The position numbers and the translations under genes were made by a program. A model generated the notes under the pieces. It saw only the letters and a program-made list of their open reading frames with translations, did not search any database and was not told where the DNA came from. From Eledone cirrhosa (lineage: Eukaryota), in contig OZ024744.1 of NCBI GenBank assembly GCA_964016885.1, forward strand, positions 43,214,001 to 43,278,000: DNA of 64,000 nt, written 5' to 3'. Shown here piece by piece: positions 44,130 to 60,173 of the stretch; the stretch's first letter is position 1; the number at the start of each line of letters is the position of its first letter.

Positions 44130-45853
44130 GAGAGAATGGATAAATTACTGAATAACTTATTAGATGATGTTCAAACTATAACTTACCCTTTTTAGTTGAT
44201 TTTGCCTCCATTGAAGCAATGCGAGGGGACTGTGTAATATGGTCACCTAGAATATATAAACAAAATCATAGTAAACCTACATGTATATATACAAATAACA
44301 TTACAAATACAGGAAACAGTTATTAGATTTATTATCTCTGATATATACATATATACACCAGGTCCAAACATATATGGACCAAACTCCTACTGCCACTGCC
44401 ATTTATATATATATATTTATATATAGTGAAAGGATTCAGGACGCCAACTACTTAGATCCGTAAATATACATTTACTACTAAATTTTCTATAATCATGGCA
44501 ACAGTCCTAATAAAGCAAATTTATTCTTACATACACACACACAGAGATTGCACACTCACAAACTCACACTCACACAAACACAAACAGGGCTCACACACAC
44601 TCAAAAAAGCATCACCGGTGAAACACACCCAAACAGGTACACAATGAATTAATATACAACCCAATATACCTATATGTATACATCAACATACACATAATAC
44701 CAACATCACTTCACTTATATATGTACACACAATTTTATTCAATGGGTCCACCTAACACATTACATAAACTTAGAATGTATACAGATATACAATATAACGT
44801 CAATTTGATATTAATGTTGAAACACGTGTAATAGTTTTCTGTACTAACTGGTAGGAATCGGTTTGAAATACAACTTACTTTCTTTTGATCCACCTCTTAT
44901 GTGTGTGCCTGAGTCAGAGACAAGGATCTCTACAGGAGTCACACCTGGAAAAATATACAGAAGAAAAGAATAATAAAAGCTAGAAGGCTTTCTTGAGAAG
45001 AGTTTGTTGTCAAGTTGAAGAAAGGGTAGAATGAGTTGTCATTTGTTTAATCAACTAGATCAAATTATACGGTTTCTTCTCTCAAGGACATGCTTACTTT
45101 TCCCACAAATCTAAAACTTACAAAAGGAGTAAAGTGTGGTTAGTCTTGAATTATGAGAGAAACATTCTACAGTTTCCTACTGGTCCTTAAAATCAGATTT
45201 ATATAGTGGTTTACCAAATATTTAGGGTACTGGCAGATGTAGTGGAGAAGAGGATGCAGCATATGAACAATGAAGGGTGACAAGAAATTGTGAAGAACTG
45301 TAGGATAAAATCTTGATAAAGAAGAGAATACTGATCTCTGAAATAATTCAATCTAACTCAATGAATCTAGTGTAACATTTATCTTCTCATTTGAATCACA
45401 TGTAATGTCATTCTTTCTCAGTTATCTCTGATAATGCCCTAAAAAAGTCTAGCTATACTTTTGTCATCATTAAAAGGTCTTTGAGGAAGTCAATAAAATG
45501 TTTATTCTGGATTATTTTATGGAGGTTGTAATAGAGAGTTTGATATTGTTGACTGAATTAAGTAGTTATAAATTTACTGTTGAAAACCTAAATAAGTTAC
45601 TGAATAACTTATTACATGATGTTTAAATTATAACTTACGCTTTTGAGAAGTTTCAGGCTTCATTGCAGCACTGGGAGGGTACACGGTAATATGGTCACCT
45701 AGAATATATAAATAACATCATAGTAAACCTACATGTATATATATAAAAAACATTACAAATACATGGAATCAGTTATTAGATTGATTATCTCTGATATATA
45801 GATATATACACCAGGTGCAAAGACATATGGACCAAACTCCCACTGTCCCTCGC

Positions 45854-45916
<63 letters not shown>

Positions 45917-47640
45917 GAGAGAATGGATAAATTACTGAATAACTTATTAGATGATGTTCAAACTATAACTTACCCTTTTTAGTTGATTTTGCCTCCATTG
46001 AAGCAATGCGAGGGGACTGTGTAATATGGTCACCTAGAATATATAAACAAAATCATAGTAAACCTACATGTATATATACAAATAACATTACAAATACAGG
46101 AAACAGTTATTAGATTTATTATCTCTGATATATACATATATACACCAGGTCCAAACATATATGGACCAAACTCCTACTGCCACTGCCATTTATATATATA
46201 TATTTATATATAGTGAAAGGATTCAGGACGCCAACTACTTAGATCCGTAAATATACATTTACTACTAAATTTTCTATAATCATGGCAACAGTCCTAATAA
46301 AGCAAATTTATTCTTACATACACACACACAGAGATTGCACACTCACAAACTCACACTCACACAAACACAAACAGGGCTCACACACACTCAAAAAAGCATC
46401 ACCGGTGAAACACACCCAAACAGGTACACAATGAATTAATATACAACCCAATATACCTATATGTATACATCAACATACACATAATACCAACATCACTTCA
46501 CTTATATATGTACACACAATTTTATTCAATGGGTCCACCTAACACATTACATAAACTTAGAATGTATACAGATATACAATATAACGTCAATTTGATATTA
46601 ATGTTGAAACACGTGTAATAGTTTTCTGTACTAACTGGTAGGAATCGGTTTGAAATACAACTTACTTTCTTTTGATCCACCTCTTATGTGTGTGCCTGAG
46701 TCAGAGACAAGGATCTCTACAGGAGTCACACCTGGAAAAATATACAGAAGAAAAGAATAATAAAAGCTAGAAGGCTTTCTTGAGAAGAGTTTGTTGTCAA
46801 GTTGAAGAAAGGGTAGAATGAGTTGTCATTTGTTTAATCAACTAGATCAAATTATACGGTTTCTTCTCTCAAGGACATGCTTACTTTTCCCACAAATCTA
46901 AAACTTACAAAAGGAGTAAAGTGTGGTTAGTCTTGAATTATGAGAGAAACATTCTACAGTTTCCTACTGGTCCTTAAAATCAGATTTATATAGTGGTTTA
47001 CCAAATATTTAGGGTACTGGCAGATGTAGTGGAGAAGAGGATGCAGCATATGAACAATGAAGGGTGACAAGAAATTGTGAAGAACTGTAGGATAAAATCT
47101 TGATAAAGAAGAGAATACTGATCTCTGAAATAATTCAATCTAACTCAATGAATCTAGTGTAACATTTATCTTCTCATTTGAATCACATGTAATGTCATTC
47201 TTTCTCAGTTATCTCTGATAATGCCCTAAAAAAGTCTAGCTATACTTTTGTCATCATTAAAAGGTCTTTGAGGAAGTCAATAAAATGTTTATTCTGGATT
47301 ATTTTATGGAGGTTGTAATAGAGAGTTTGATATTGTTGACTGAATTAAGTAGTTATAAATTTACTGTTGAAAACCTAAATAAGTTACTGAATAACTTATT
47401 ACATGATGTTTAAATTATAACTTACGCTTTTGAGAAGTTTCAGGCTTCATTGCAGCACTGGGAGGGTACACGGTAATATGGTCACCTAGAATATATAAAC
47501 AACATCATAGTAAACCTACATGTATATATATAAAAAACATTACAAATACATGGAATCAGTTATTAGATTGATTATCTCTGATATATAGATATATACACCA
47601 GGTGCAAAGACATATGGACCAAACTCCCACTGTCCCTCGC

Positions 47641-47703
<63 letters not shown>

Positions 47704-49427
47704 GAGAGAATGGATAAATTACTGAATAACTTATTAGATGATGTTCAAACTATAACTTACCCTTTTTAGTTGATTTTGCCTCCATTGAAGCAATGCGAGG
47801 GGACTGTGTAATATGGTCACCTAGAATATATAAACAAAATCATAGTAAACCTACATGTATATATACAAATAACATTACAAATACAGGAAACAGTTATTAG
47901 ATTTATTATCTCTGATATATACATATATACACCAGGTCCAAACATATATGGACCAAACTCCTACTGCCACTGCCATTTATATATATATATTTATATATAG
48001 TGAAAGGATTCAGGACGCCAACTACTTAGATCCGTAAATATACATTTACTACTAAATTTTCTATAATCATGGCAACAGTCCTAATAAAGCAAATTTATTC
48101 TTACATACACACACACAGAGATTGCACACTCACAAACTCACACTCACACAAACACAAACAGGGCTCACACACACTCAAAAAAGCATCACCGGTGAAACAC
48201 ACCCAAACAGGTACACAATGAATTAATATACAACCCAATATACCTATATGTATACATCAACATACACATAATACCAACATCACTTCACTTATATATGTAC
48301 ACACAATTTTATTCAATGGGTCCACCTAACACATTACATAAACTTAGAATGTATACAGATATACAATATAACGTCAATTTGATATTAATGTTGAAACACG
48401 TGTAATAGTTTTCTGTACTAACTGGTAGGAATCGGTTTGAAATACAACTTACTTTCTTTTGATCCACCTCTTATGTGTGTGCCTGAGTCAGAGACAAGGA
48501 TCTCTACAGGAGTCACACCTGGAAAAATATACAGAAGAAAAGAATAATAAAAGCTAGAAGGCTTTCTTGAGAAGAGTTTGTTGTCAAGTTGAAGAAAGGG
48601 TAGAATGAGTTGTCATTTGTTTAATCAACTAGATCAAATTATACGGTTTCTTCTCTCAAGGACATGCTTACTTTTCCCACAAATCTAAAACTTACAAAAG
48701 GAGTAAAGTGTGGTTAGTCTTGAATTATGAGAGAAACATTCTACAGTTTCCTACTGGTCCTTAAAATCAGATTTATATAGTGGTTTACCAAATATTTAGG
48801 GTACTGGCAGATGTAGTGGAGAAGAGGATGCAGCATATGAACAATGAAGGGTGACAAGAAATTGTGAAGAACTGTAGGATAAAATCTTGATAAAGAAGAG
48901 AATACTGATCTCTGAAATAATTCAATCTAACTCAATGAATCTAGTGTAACATTTATCTTCTCATTTGAATCACATGTAATGTCATTCTTTCTCAGTTATC
49001 TCTGATAATGCCCTAAAAAAGTCTAGCTATACTTTTGTCATCATTAAAAGGTCTTTGAGGAAGTCAATAAAATGTTTATTCTGGATTATTTTATGGAGGT
49101 TGTAATAGAGAGTTTGATATTGTTGACTGAATTAAGTAGTTATAAATTTACTGTTGAAAACCTAAATAAGTTACTGAATAACTTATTACATGATGTTTAA
49201 ATTATAACTTACGCTTTTGAGAAGTTTCAGGCTTCATTGCAGCACTGGGAGGGTACACGGTAATATGGTCACCTAGAATATATAAATAACATCATAGTAA
49301 ACCTACATGTATATATATAAAAAACATTACAAATACATGGAATCAGTTATTAGATTGATTATCTCTGATATATAGATATATACACCAGGTGCAAAGACAT
49401 ATGGACCAAACTCCCACTGTCCCTCGC

Positions 49428-49490
<63 letters not shown>

Positions 49491-51214
49491 GAGAGAATGG
49501 ATAAATTACTGAATAACTTATTAGATGATGTTCAAACTATAACTTACCCTTTTTAGTTGATTTTGCCTCCATTGAAGCAATGCGAGGGGACTGTGTAATA
49601 TGGTCACCTAGAATATATAAACAAAATCATAGTAAACCTACATGTATATATACAAATAACATTACAAATACAGGAAACAGTTATTAGATTTATTATCTCT
49701 GATATATACATATATACACCAGGTCCAAACATATATGGACCAAACTCCTACTGCCACTGCCATTTATATATATATATTTATATATAGTGAAAGGATTCAG
49801 GACGCCAACTACTTAGATCCGTAAATATACATTTACTACTAAATTTTCTATAATCATGGCAACAGTCCTAATAAAGCAAATTTATTCTTACATACACACA
49901 CACAGAGATTGCACACTCACAAACTCACACTCACACAAACACAAACAGGGCTCACACACACTCAAAAAAGCATCACCGGTGAAACACACCCAAACAGGTA
50001 CACAATGAATTAATATACAACCCAATATACCTATATGTATACATCAACATACACATAATACCAACATCACTTCACTTATATATGTACACACAATTTTATT
50101 CAATGGGTCCACCTAACACATTACATAAACTTAGAATGTATACAGATATACAATATAACGTCAATTTGATATTAATGTTGAAACACGTGTAATAGTTTTC
50201 TGTACTAACTGGTAGGAATCGGTTTGAAATACAACTTACTTTCTTTTGATCCACCTCTTATGTGTGTGCCTGAGTCAGAGACAAGGATCTCTACAGGAGT
50301 CACACCTGGAAAAATATACAGAAGAAAAGAATAATAAAAGCTAGAAGGCTTTCTTGAGAAGAGTTTGTTGTCAAGTTGAAGAAAGGGTAGAATGAGTTGT
50401 CATTTGTTTAATCAACTAGATCAAATTATACGGTTTGTTCTCTCAAGGACATGCTTACTTTTCCCACAAATCTAAAACTTACAAAAGGAGTAAAGTGTGG
50501 TTAGTCTTGAATTATGAGAGAAACATTCTACAGTTTCCTACTGGTCCTTAAAATCAGATTTATATAGTGGTTTACCAAATATTTAGGGTACTGGCAGATG
50601 TAGTGGAGAAGAGGATGCAGCATATGAACAATGAAGGGTGACAAGAAATTGTGAAGAACTGTAGGATAAAATCTTGATAAAGAAGAGAATACTGATCTCT
50701 GAAATAATTCAATCTAACTCAATGAATCTAGTGTAACATTTATCTTCTCATTTGAATCACATGTAATGTCATTCTTTCTCAGTTATCTCTGATAATGCCC
50801 TAAAAAAGTCTAGCTATACTTTTGTCATCATTAAAAGGTCTTTGAGGAAGTCAATAAAATGTTTATTCTGGATTATTTTATGGAGGTTGTAATAGAGAGT
50901 TTGATATTGTTGACTGAATTAAGTAGTTATAAATTTACTGTTGAAAACCTAAATAAGTTACTGAATAACTTATTACATGATGTTTAAATTATAACTTACG
51001 CTTTTGAGAAGTTTCAGGCTTCATTGCAGCACTGGAAGGGTACACGGTAATATGGTCACCTAGAATATATAAATAACATCATAGTAAACCTACATGTATA
51101 TATATAAAAAACATTACAAATACATGGAATCAGTTATTAGATTGATTATCTCTGATATATAGATATATACACCAGGTGCAAAGACATATGGACCAAACTC
51201 CCACTGTCCCTCGC

Positions 51215-51277
<63 letters not shown>

Positions 51278-53014
51278 GAGAGAATGGATAAATTACTGAA
51301 TAACTTATTAGATGATGTTCAAACTATAACTTACCCTTTTTAGTTGATTTTGCCTCCATTGAAGCAATGCGAGGGGACTGTGTAATATGGTCACCTAGAA
51401 TATATAAACAAAATCATAGTAAACCTACATGTATATATACAAATAACATTACAAATACAGGAAACAGTTATTAGATTTATTATCTCTGATATATACATAT
51501 ATACACCAGGTCCAAACATATATGGACCAAACTCCTACTGCCACTGCCATTTATATATATATATTTATATATAGTGAAAGGATTCAGGACGCCAACTACT
51601 TAGATCCGTAAATATACATTTACTACTAAATTTTCTATAATCATGGCAACAGTCCTAATAAAGCAAATTTATTCTTACATACACACACACAGAGATTGCA
51701 CACTCACAAACTCACACTCACACAAACACAAACAGGGCTCACACACACTCAAAAAAGCATCACCGGTGAAACACACCCAAACAGGTACACAATGAATTAA
51801 TATACAACCCAATATACCTATATGTATACATCAACATACACATAATACCAACATCACTTCACTTATATATGTACACACAATTTTATTCAATGGGTCCACC
51901 TAACACATTACATAAACTTAGAATGTATACAGATATACAATATAACGTCAATTTGATATTAATGTTGAAACACGTGTAATAGTTTTCTGTACTAACTGGT
52001 AGGAATCGGTTTGAAATACAACTTACTTTCTTTTGATCCACCTCTTATGTGTGTGCCTGAGTCAGAGACAAGGATCTCTACAGGAGTCACACCTGGAAAA
52101 ATATACAGAAGAAAAGAATAATAAAAGCTAGAAGGCTTTCTTGAGAAGAGTTTGTTGTCAAGTTGAAGAAAGGGTAGAATGAGTTGTCATTTGTTTAATC
52201 AACTAGATCAAATTATACGGTTTCTTCTCTCAAGGACATGCTTACTTTTCCCACAAATCTAAAACTTACAAAAGGAGTAAAGTGTGGTTAGTCTTGAATT
52301 ATGAGAGAAACATTCTACAGTTTCCTACTGGTCCTTAAAATCAGATTTATATAGTGGTTTACCAAATATTTAGGGTACTGGCAGATGTAGTGGAGAAGAG
52401 GATGCAGCATATGAACAATGAAGGGTGACAAGAAATTGTGAAGAACTGTAGGATAAAATCTTGATAAAGAAGAGAATACTGATCTCTGAAATAATTCAAT
52501 CTAACTCAATGAATCTAGTGTAACATTTATCTTCTCATTTGAATCACATGTAATGTCATTCTTTCTCAGTTATCTCTGATAATGCCCTAAAAAAGTCTAG
52601 CTATACTTTTGTCATCATTAAAAGGTCTTTGAGGAAGTCAATAAAATGTTTATTCTGGATTATTTTATGGAGGTTGTAATAGAGAGTTTGATATTGTTGA
52701 CTGAATTAAGTAGTTATAAATTTACTGTTGAAAACCTAAATAAGTTACTGAATAACTTATTACATGATGTTTAAATTATAACTTACGCTTTTGAGAAGTT
52801 TCAGGCTTCATTGCAGCACTGGGAGGGTACACGGTAATATGGTCACCTAGAATATATAAATAACATCATAGTAAACCTACATGTATATATATAAAAAACA
52901 TTACAAATACATGGAATCAGTTATTAGATTGATTATCTCTGATATATAGATATATACACCAGGTGCAAAGACATATGGACCAAACTCCCACTGTCCCTCG
53001 CATATATATATATA

Positions 53015-53056
<42 letters not shown>

Positions 53057-54780
53057 GAGAGAATGGATAAATTACTGAATAACTTATTAGATGATGTTCA
53101 AACTATAACTTACCCTTTTTAGTTGATTTTGCCTCCATTGAAGCAATGCGAGGGGACTGTGTAATATGGTCACCTAGAATATATAAACAAAATCATAGTA
53201 AACCTACATGTATATATACAAATAACATTACAAATACAGGAAACAGTTATTAGATTTATTATCTCTGATATATACATATATACACCAGGTCCAAACATAT
53301 ATGGACCAAACTCCTACTGCCACTGCCATTTATATATATATATTTATATATAGTGAAAGGATTCAGGACGCCAACTACTTAGATCCGTAAATATACATTT
53401 ACTACTAAATTTTCTATAATCATGGCAACAGTCCTAATAAAGCAAATTTATTCTTACATACACACACACAGAGATTGCACACTCACAAACTCACACTCAC
53501 ACAAACACAAACAGGGCTCACACACACTCAAAAAAGCATCACCGGTGAAACACACCCAAACAGGTACACAATGAATTAATATACAACCCAATATACCTAT
53601 ATGTATACATCAACATACACATAATACCAACATCACTTCACTTATATATGTACACACAATTTTATTCAATGGGTCCACCTAACACATTACATAAACTTAG
53701 AATGTATACAGATATACAATATAACGTCAATTTGATATTAATGTTGAAACACGTGTAATAGTTTTCTGTACTAACTGGTAGGAATCGGTTTGAAATACAA
53801 CTTACTTTCTTTTGATCCACCTCTTATGTGTGTGCCTGAGTCAGAGACAAGGATCTCTACAGGAGTCACACCTGGAAAAATATACAGAAGAAAAGAATAA
53901 TAAAAGCTAGAAGGCTTTCTTGAGAAGAGTTTGTTGTCAAGTTGAAGAAAGGGTAGAATGAGTTGTCATTTGTTTAATCAACTAGATCAAATTATACGGT
54001 TTCTTCTCTCAAGGACATGCTTACTTTTCCCACAAATCTAAAACTTACAAAAGGAGTAAAGTGTGGTTAGTCTTGAATTATGAGAGAAACATTCTACAGT
54101 TTCCTACTGGTCCTTAAAATCAGATTTATATAGTGGTTTACCAAATATTTAGGGTACTGGCAGATGTAGTGGAGAAGAGGATGCAGCATATGAACAATGA
54201 AGGGTGACAAGAAATTGTGAAGAACTGTAGGATAAAATCTTGATAAAGAAGAGAATACTGATCTCTGAAATAATTCAATCTAACTCAATGAATCTAGTGT
54301 AACATTTATCTTCTCATTTGAATCACATGTAATGTCATTCTTTCTCAGTTATCTCTGATAATGCCCTAAAAAAGTCTAGCTATACTTTTGTCATCATTAA
54401 AAGGTCTTTGAGGAAGTCAATAAAATGTTTATTCTGGATTATTTTATGGAGGTTGTAATAGAGAGTTTGATATTGTTGACTGAATTAAGTAGTTATAAAT
54501 TTACTGTTGAAAACCTAAATAAGTTACTGAATAACTTATTACATGATGTTTAAATTATAACTTACGCTTTTGAGAAGTTTCAGGCTTCATTGCAGCACTG
54601 GGAGGGTACACGGTAATATGGTCACCTAGAATATATAAATAACATCATAGTAAACCTACATGTATATATATAAAAAACATTACAAATACATGGAATCAGT
54701 TATTAGATTGATTATCTCTGATATATAGATATATACACCAGGTGCAAAGACATATGGACCAAACTCCCACTGTCCCTCGC

Positions 54781-54843
<63 letters not shown>

Positions 54844-56566
54844 GAGAGAATGGATAAATTACTGAATAACTTATTAGATGATGTTCAAACTATAACTTAC
54901 CCTTTTTAGTTGATTTTGCCTCCATTGAAGCAATGCGAGGGGACTGTGTAATATGGTCACCTAGAATATATAAACAAAATCATAGTAAACCTACATGTAT
55001 ATATACAAATAACATTACAAATACAGGAAACAGTTATTAGATTTATTATCTCTGATATATACATATATACACCAGGTCCAAACATATATGGACCAAACTC
55101 CTACTGCCACTGCCATTTATATATATATATTTATATATAGTGAAAGGATTCAGGACGCCAACTACTTAGATCCGTAAATATACATTTACTACTAAATTTT
55201 CTATAATCATGGCAACAGTCCTAATAAAGCAAATTTATTCTTACATACACACACACAGAGATTGCACACTCACAAACTCACACTCACACAAACACAAACA
55301 GGGCTCACACACACTCAAAAAAGCATCACCGGTGAAACACACCCAAACAGGTACACAATGAATTAATATACAACCCAATATACCTATATGTATACATCAA
55401 CATACACATAATACCAACATCACTTCACTTATATATGTACACACAATTTTATTCAATGGGTCCACCTAACACATTACATAAACTTAGAATGTATACAGAT
55501 ATACAATATAACGTCAATTTGATATTAATGTTGAAACACGTGTAATAGTTTTCTGTACTAACTGGTAGGAATCGGTTTGAAATACAACTTACTTTCTTTT
55601 GATCCACCTCTTATGTGTGTGCCTGAGTCAGAGACAAGGATCTCTACAGGAGTCACACCTGGAAAAATATACAGAAGAAAAGAATAATAAAAGCTAGAAG
55701 GCTTTCTTGAGAAGAGTTTGTTGTCAAGTTGAAGAAAGGGTAGAATGAGTTGTCATTTGTTTAATCAACTAGATCAAATTATACGGTTTGTTCTCTCAAG
55801 GACATGCTTACTTTTCCCACAAATCTAAAACTTACAAAAGGAGTAAAGTGTGGTTAGTCTTGAATTATGAGAGAAACATTCTACAGTTTCCTACTGGTCC
55901 TTAAAATCAGATTTATATAGTGGTTTACCAAATATTTAGGGTACTGGCAGATGTAGTGGAGAAGAGGATGCAGCATATGAACAATGAAGGGTGACAAGAA
56001 ATTGTGAAGAACTGTAGGATAAAATTTGATAAAGAAGAGAATACTGATCTCTGAAATAATTCAATCTAACTCAATGAATCTAGTGTAACATTTATCTTCT
56101 CATTTGAATCACATGTAATGTCATTCTTTCTCAGTTATCTCTGATAATGCCCTAAAAAAGTCAAGCTATACTTTTGTCATCATTAAAAGGTCTTTGAGGA
56201 AGTCAATAAAATGTTTATTCTGGATTATTTTATGGAGGTTGTAATAGAGAGTTTGATATTGTTGACTGAATTAAGTAGTTATAAATTTACTGTTGAAAAC
56301 CTAAATAAGTTACTGAATAACTTATTACATGATGTTTAAATTATAACTTACGCTTTTGAGAAGTTTCAGGCTTCATTGCAGCACTGGGAGGGTACACGGT
56401 AATATGGTCACCTAGAATATATAAACAACATCATAGTAAACCTACATGTATATATATAAAAAACATTACAAATACATGGAATCAGTTATTAGATTGATTA
56501 TCTCTGATATATAGATATATACACCAGGTGCAAAGACATATGGACCAAACTCCCACTGTCCCTCGC

Positions 56567-56629
<63 letters not shown>

Positions 56630-58338
56630 GAGAGAATGGATAAATTACTGAATAACTTATTAGATGATGTTCAAACTATAACTTACCCTTTTTAGTTGAT
56701 TTTGCCTCCATTGAAGCAATGCGAGGGGACTGTGTAATATGGTCACCTAGAATATATAAACAAAATCATAGTAAACCTACATGTATATATACAAATAACA
56801 TTACAAATACAGGAAACAGTTATTAGATTTATTATCTCTGATATATACATATATACACCAGGTCCAAACATATATGGACCAAACTCCTACTGCCACTGCC
56901 ATTTATATATATATATTTATATATAGTGAAAGGATTCAGGACGCCAACTACTTAGATCCGTAAATATACATTTACTACTAAATTTTCTATAATCATGGCA
57001 ACAGTCCTAATAAAGCAAATTTATTCTTACATACACACACACAGAGATTGCACACTCACACAAACACAAACAGGGCTCACACACACTCAAAAAAGCATCA
57101 CCGGTGAAACACACCCAAACAGTTACACAATGAATTAATATACAACCCAATATACCTATATGTATACATCAACATACACATAATACCAACATCACTTCAC
57201 TTATATATGTACACACAATTTTATTCAATGGGTCCACCTAACACATTACATAAACTTAGAATGTATACAGATATACAATATAACGTCAATTTGATATTAA
57301 TGTTGAAACACGTGTAATAGTTTTCTGTACTAACTGGTAGGAATCGGTTTGAAATACAACTTACTTTCTTTTGATCCACCTCTTATGTGTGTGCCTGAGT
57401 CAGAGACAAGGATCTCTACAGGAGTCACACCTGGAAAAATATACAGAAGAAAAGAATAATAAAAGCTAGAAGGCTTTCTTGAGAAGAGTTTGTTGTCAAG
57501 TTGAAGAAAGGGTAGAATGAGTTGTCATTTGTTTAATCAACTAGATCAAATTATACGGTTTGTTCTCTCAAGGACATGCTTACTTTTCCCACAAATCTAA
57601 AACTTACAAAAGGAGTAAAGTGTGGTTAGTCTTGAATTATGAGAGAAACATTCTACAGTTTCCTACTGGTCCTTAAAATCAGATTTATATAGTGGTTTAC
57701 CAAATATTTAGGGTACTGGCAGATGTAGTGGAGAAGAGGATGCAGCATATGAACAATGAAGGGTGACAAGAAATTGTGAAGAACTGTAGGATAAAATTTG
57801 ATAAAGAAGAGAATACTGATCTCTGAAATAATTCAATCTAACTCAATGAATCTAGTGTAACATTTATCTTCTCATTTGAATCACATGTAATGTCATTCTT
57901 TCTCAGTTATCTCTGATAATGCCCTAAAAAAGTCTAGCTATACTTTTGTCATCATTAAAAGGTCTTTGAGGAAGTCAATAAAATGTTTATTCTGGATTAT
58001 TTTATGGAGGTTGTAATAGAGAGTTTGATATTGTTGACTGAATTAAGTAGTTATAAATTTACTGTTGAAAACCTAAATAAGTTACTGAATAACTTATTAC
58101 ATGATGTTTAAATTATAACTTACGCTTTTGAGAAGTTTCAGGCTTCATTGCAGCACTGGGAGGGTACACGGTAATATGGTCACCTAGAATATATAAATAA
58201 CATCATAGTAAACCTACATGTATATATATAAAAAACATTACAAATACATGGAATCAGTTATTAGATTGATTATCTCTGATATATAGATATATACACCAGG
58301 TGCAAAGACATATGGACCAAACTCCCACTGTCCCTCGC

Positions 58339-58401
<63 letters not shown>

Positions 58402-60110
58402 GAGAGAATGGATAAATTACTGAATAACTTATTAGATGATGTTCAAACTATAACTTACCCTTTTTAGTTGATTTTGCCTCCATTGAAGCAATGCGAGGGG
58501 ACTGTGTAATATGGTCACCTAGAATATATAAACAAAATCATAGTAAACCTACATGTATATATACAAATAACATTACAAATACAGGAAACAGTTATTAGAT
58601 TTATTATCTCTGATATATACATATATACACCAGGTCCAAACATATATGGACCAAACTCCTACTGCCACTGCCATTTATATATATATATTTATATATAGTG
58701 AAAGGATTCAGGACGCCAACTACTTAGATCCGTAAATATACATTTACTACTAAATTTTCTATAATCATGGCAACAGTCCTAATAAAGCAAATTTATTCTT
58801 ACATACACACACACAGAGATTGCACACTCACACAAACACAAACAGGGCTCACACACACTCAAAAAAGCATCACCGGTGAAACACACCCAAACAGTTACAC
58901 AATGAATTAATATACAACCCAATATACCTATATGTATACATCAACATACACATAATACCAACATCACTTCACTTATATATGTACACACAATTTTATTCAA
59001 TGGGTCCACCTAACACATTACATAAACTTAGAATGTATACAGATATACAATATAACGTCAATTTGATATTAATGTTGAAACACGTGTAATAGTTTTCTGT
59101 ACTAACTGGTAGGAATCGGTTTGAAATACAACTTACTTTCTTTTGATCCACCTCTTATGTGTGTGCCTGAGTCAGAGACAAGGATCTCTACAGGAGTCAC
59201 ACCTGGAAAAATATACAGAAGAAAAGAATAATAAAAGCTAGAAGGCTTTCTTGAGAAGAGTTTGTTGTCAAGTTGAAGAAAGGGTAGAATGAGTTGTCAT
59301 TTGTTTAATCAACTAGATCAAATTATACGGTTTGTTCTCTCAAGGACATGCTTACTTTTCCCACAAATCTAAAACTTACAAAAGGAGTAAAGTGTGGTTA
59401 GTCTTGAATTATGAGAGAAACATTCTACAGTTTCCTACTGGTCCTTAAAATCAGATTTATATAGTGGTTTACCAAATATTTAGGGTACTGGCAGATGTAG
59501 TGGAGAAGAGGATGCAGCATATGAACAATGAAGGGTGACAAGAAATTGTGAAGAACTGTAGGATAAAATTTGATAAAGAAGAGAATACTGATCTCTGAAA
59601 TAATTCAATCTAACTCAATGAATCTAGTGTAACATTTATCTTCTCATTTGAATCACATGTAATGTCATTCTTTCTCAGTTATCTCTGATAATGCCCTAAA
59701 AAAGTCTAGCTATACTTTTGTCATCATTAAAAGGTCTTTGAGGAAGTCAATAAAATGTTTATTCTGGATTATTTTATGGAGGTTGTAATAGAGAGTTTGA
59801 TATTGTTGACTGAATTAAGTAGTTATAAATTTACTGTTGAAAACCTAAATAAGTTACTGAATAACTTATTACATGATGTTTAAATTATAACTTACGCTTT
59901 TGAGAAGTTTCAGGCTTCATTGCAGCACTGGGAGGGTACACGGTAATATGGTCACCTAGAATATATAAACAACATCATAGTAAACCTACATGTATATATA
60001 TAAAAAACATTACAAATACATGGAATCAGTTATTAGATTGATTATCTCTGATATATAGATATATACACCAGGTGCAAAGACATATGGACCAAACTCCCAC
60101 TGTCCCTCGC

Positions 60111-60173
<63 letters not shown>

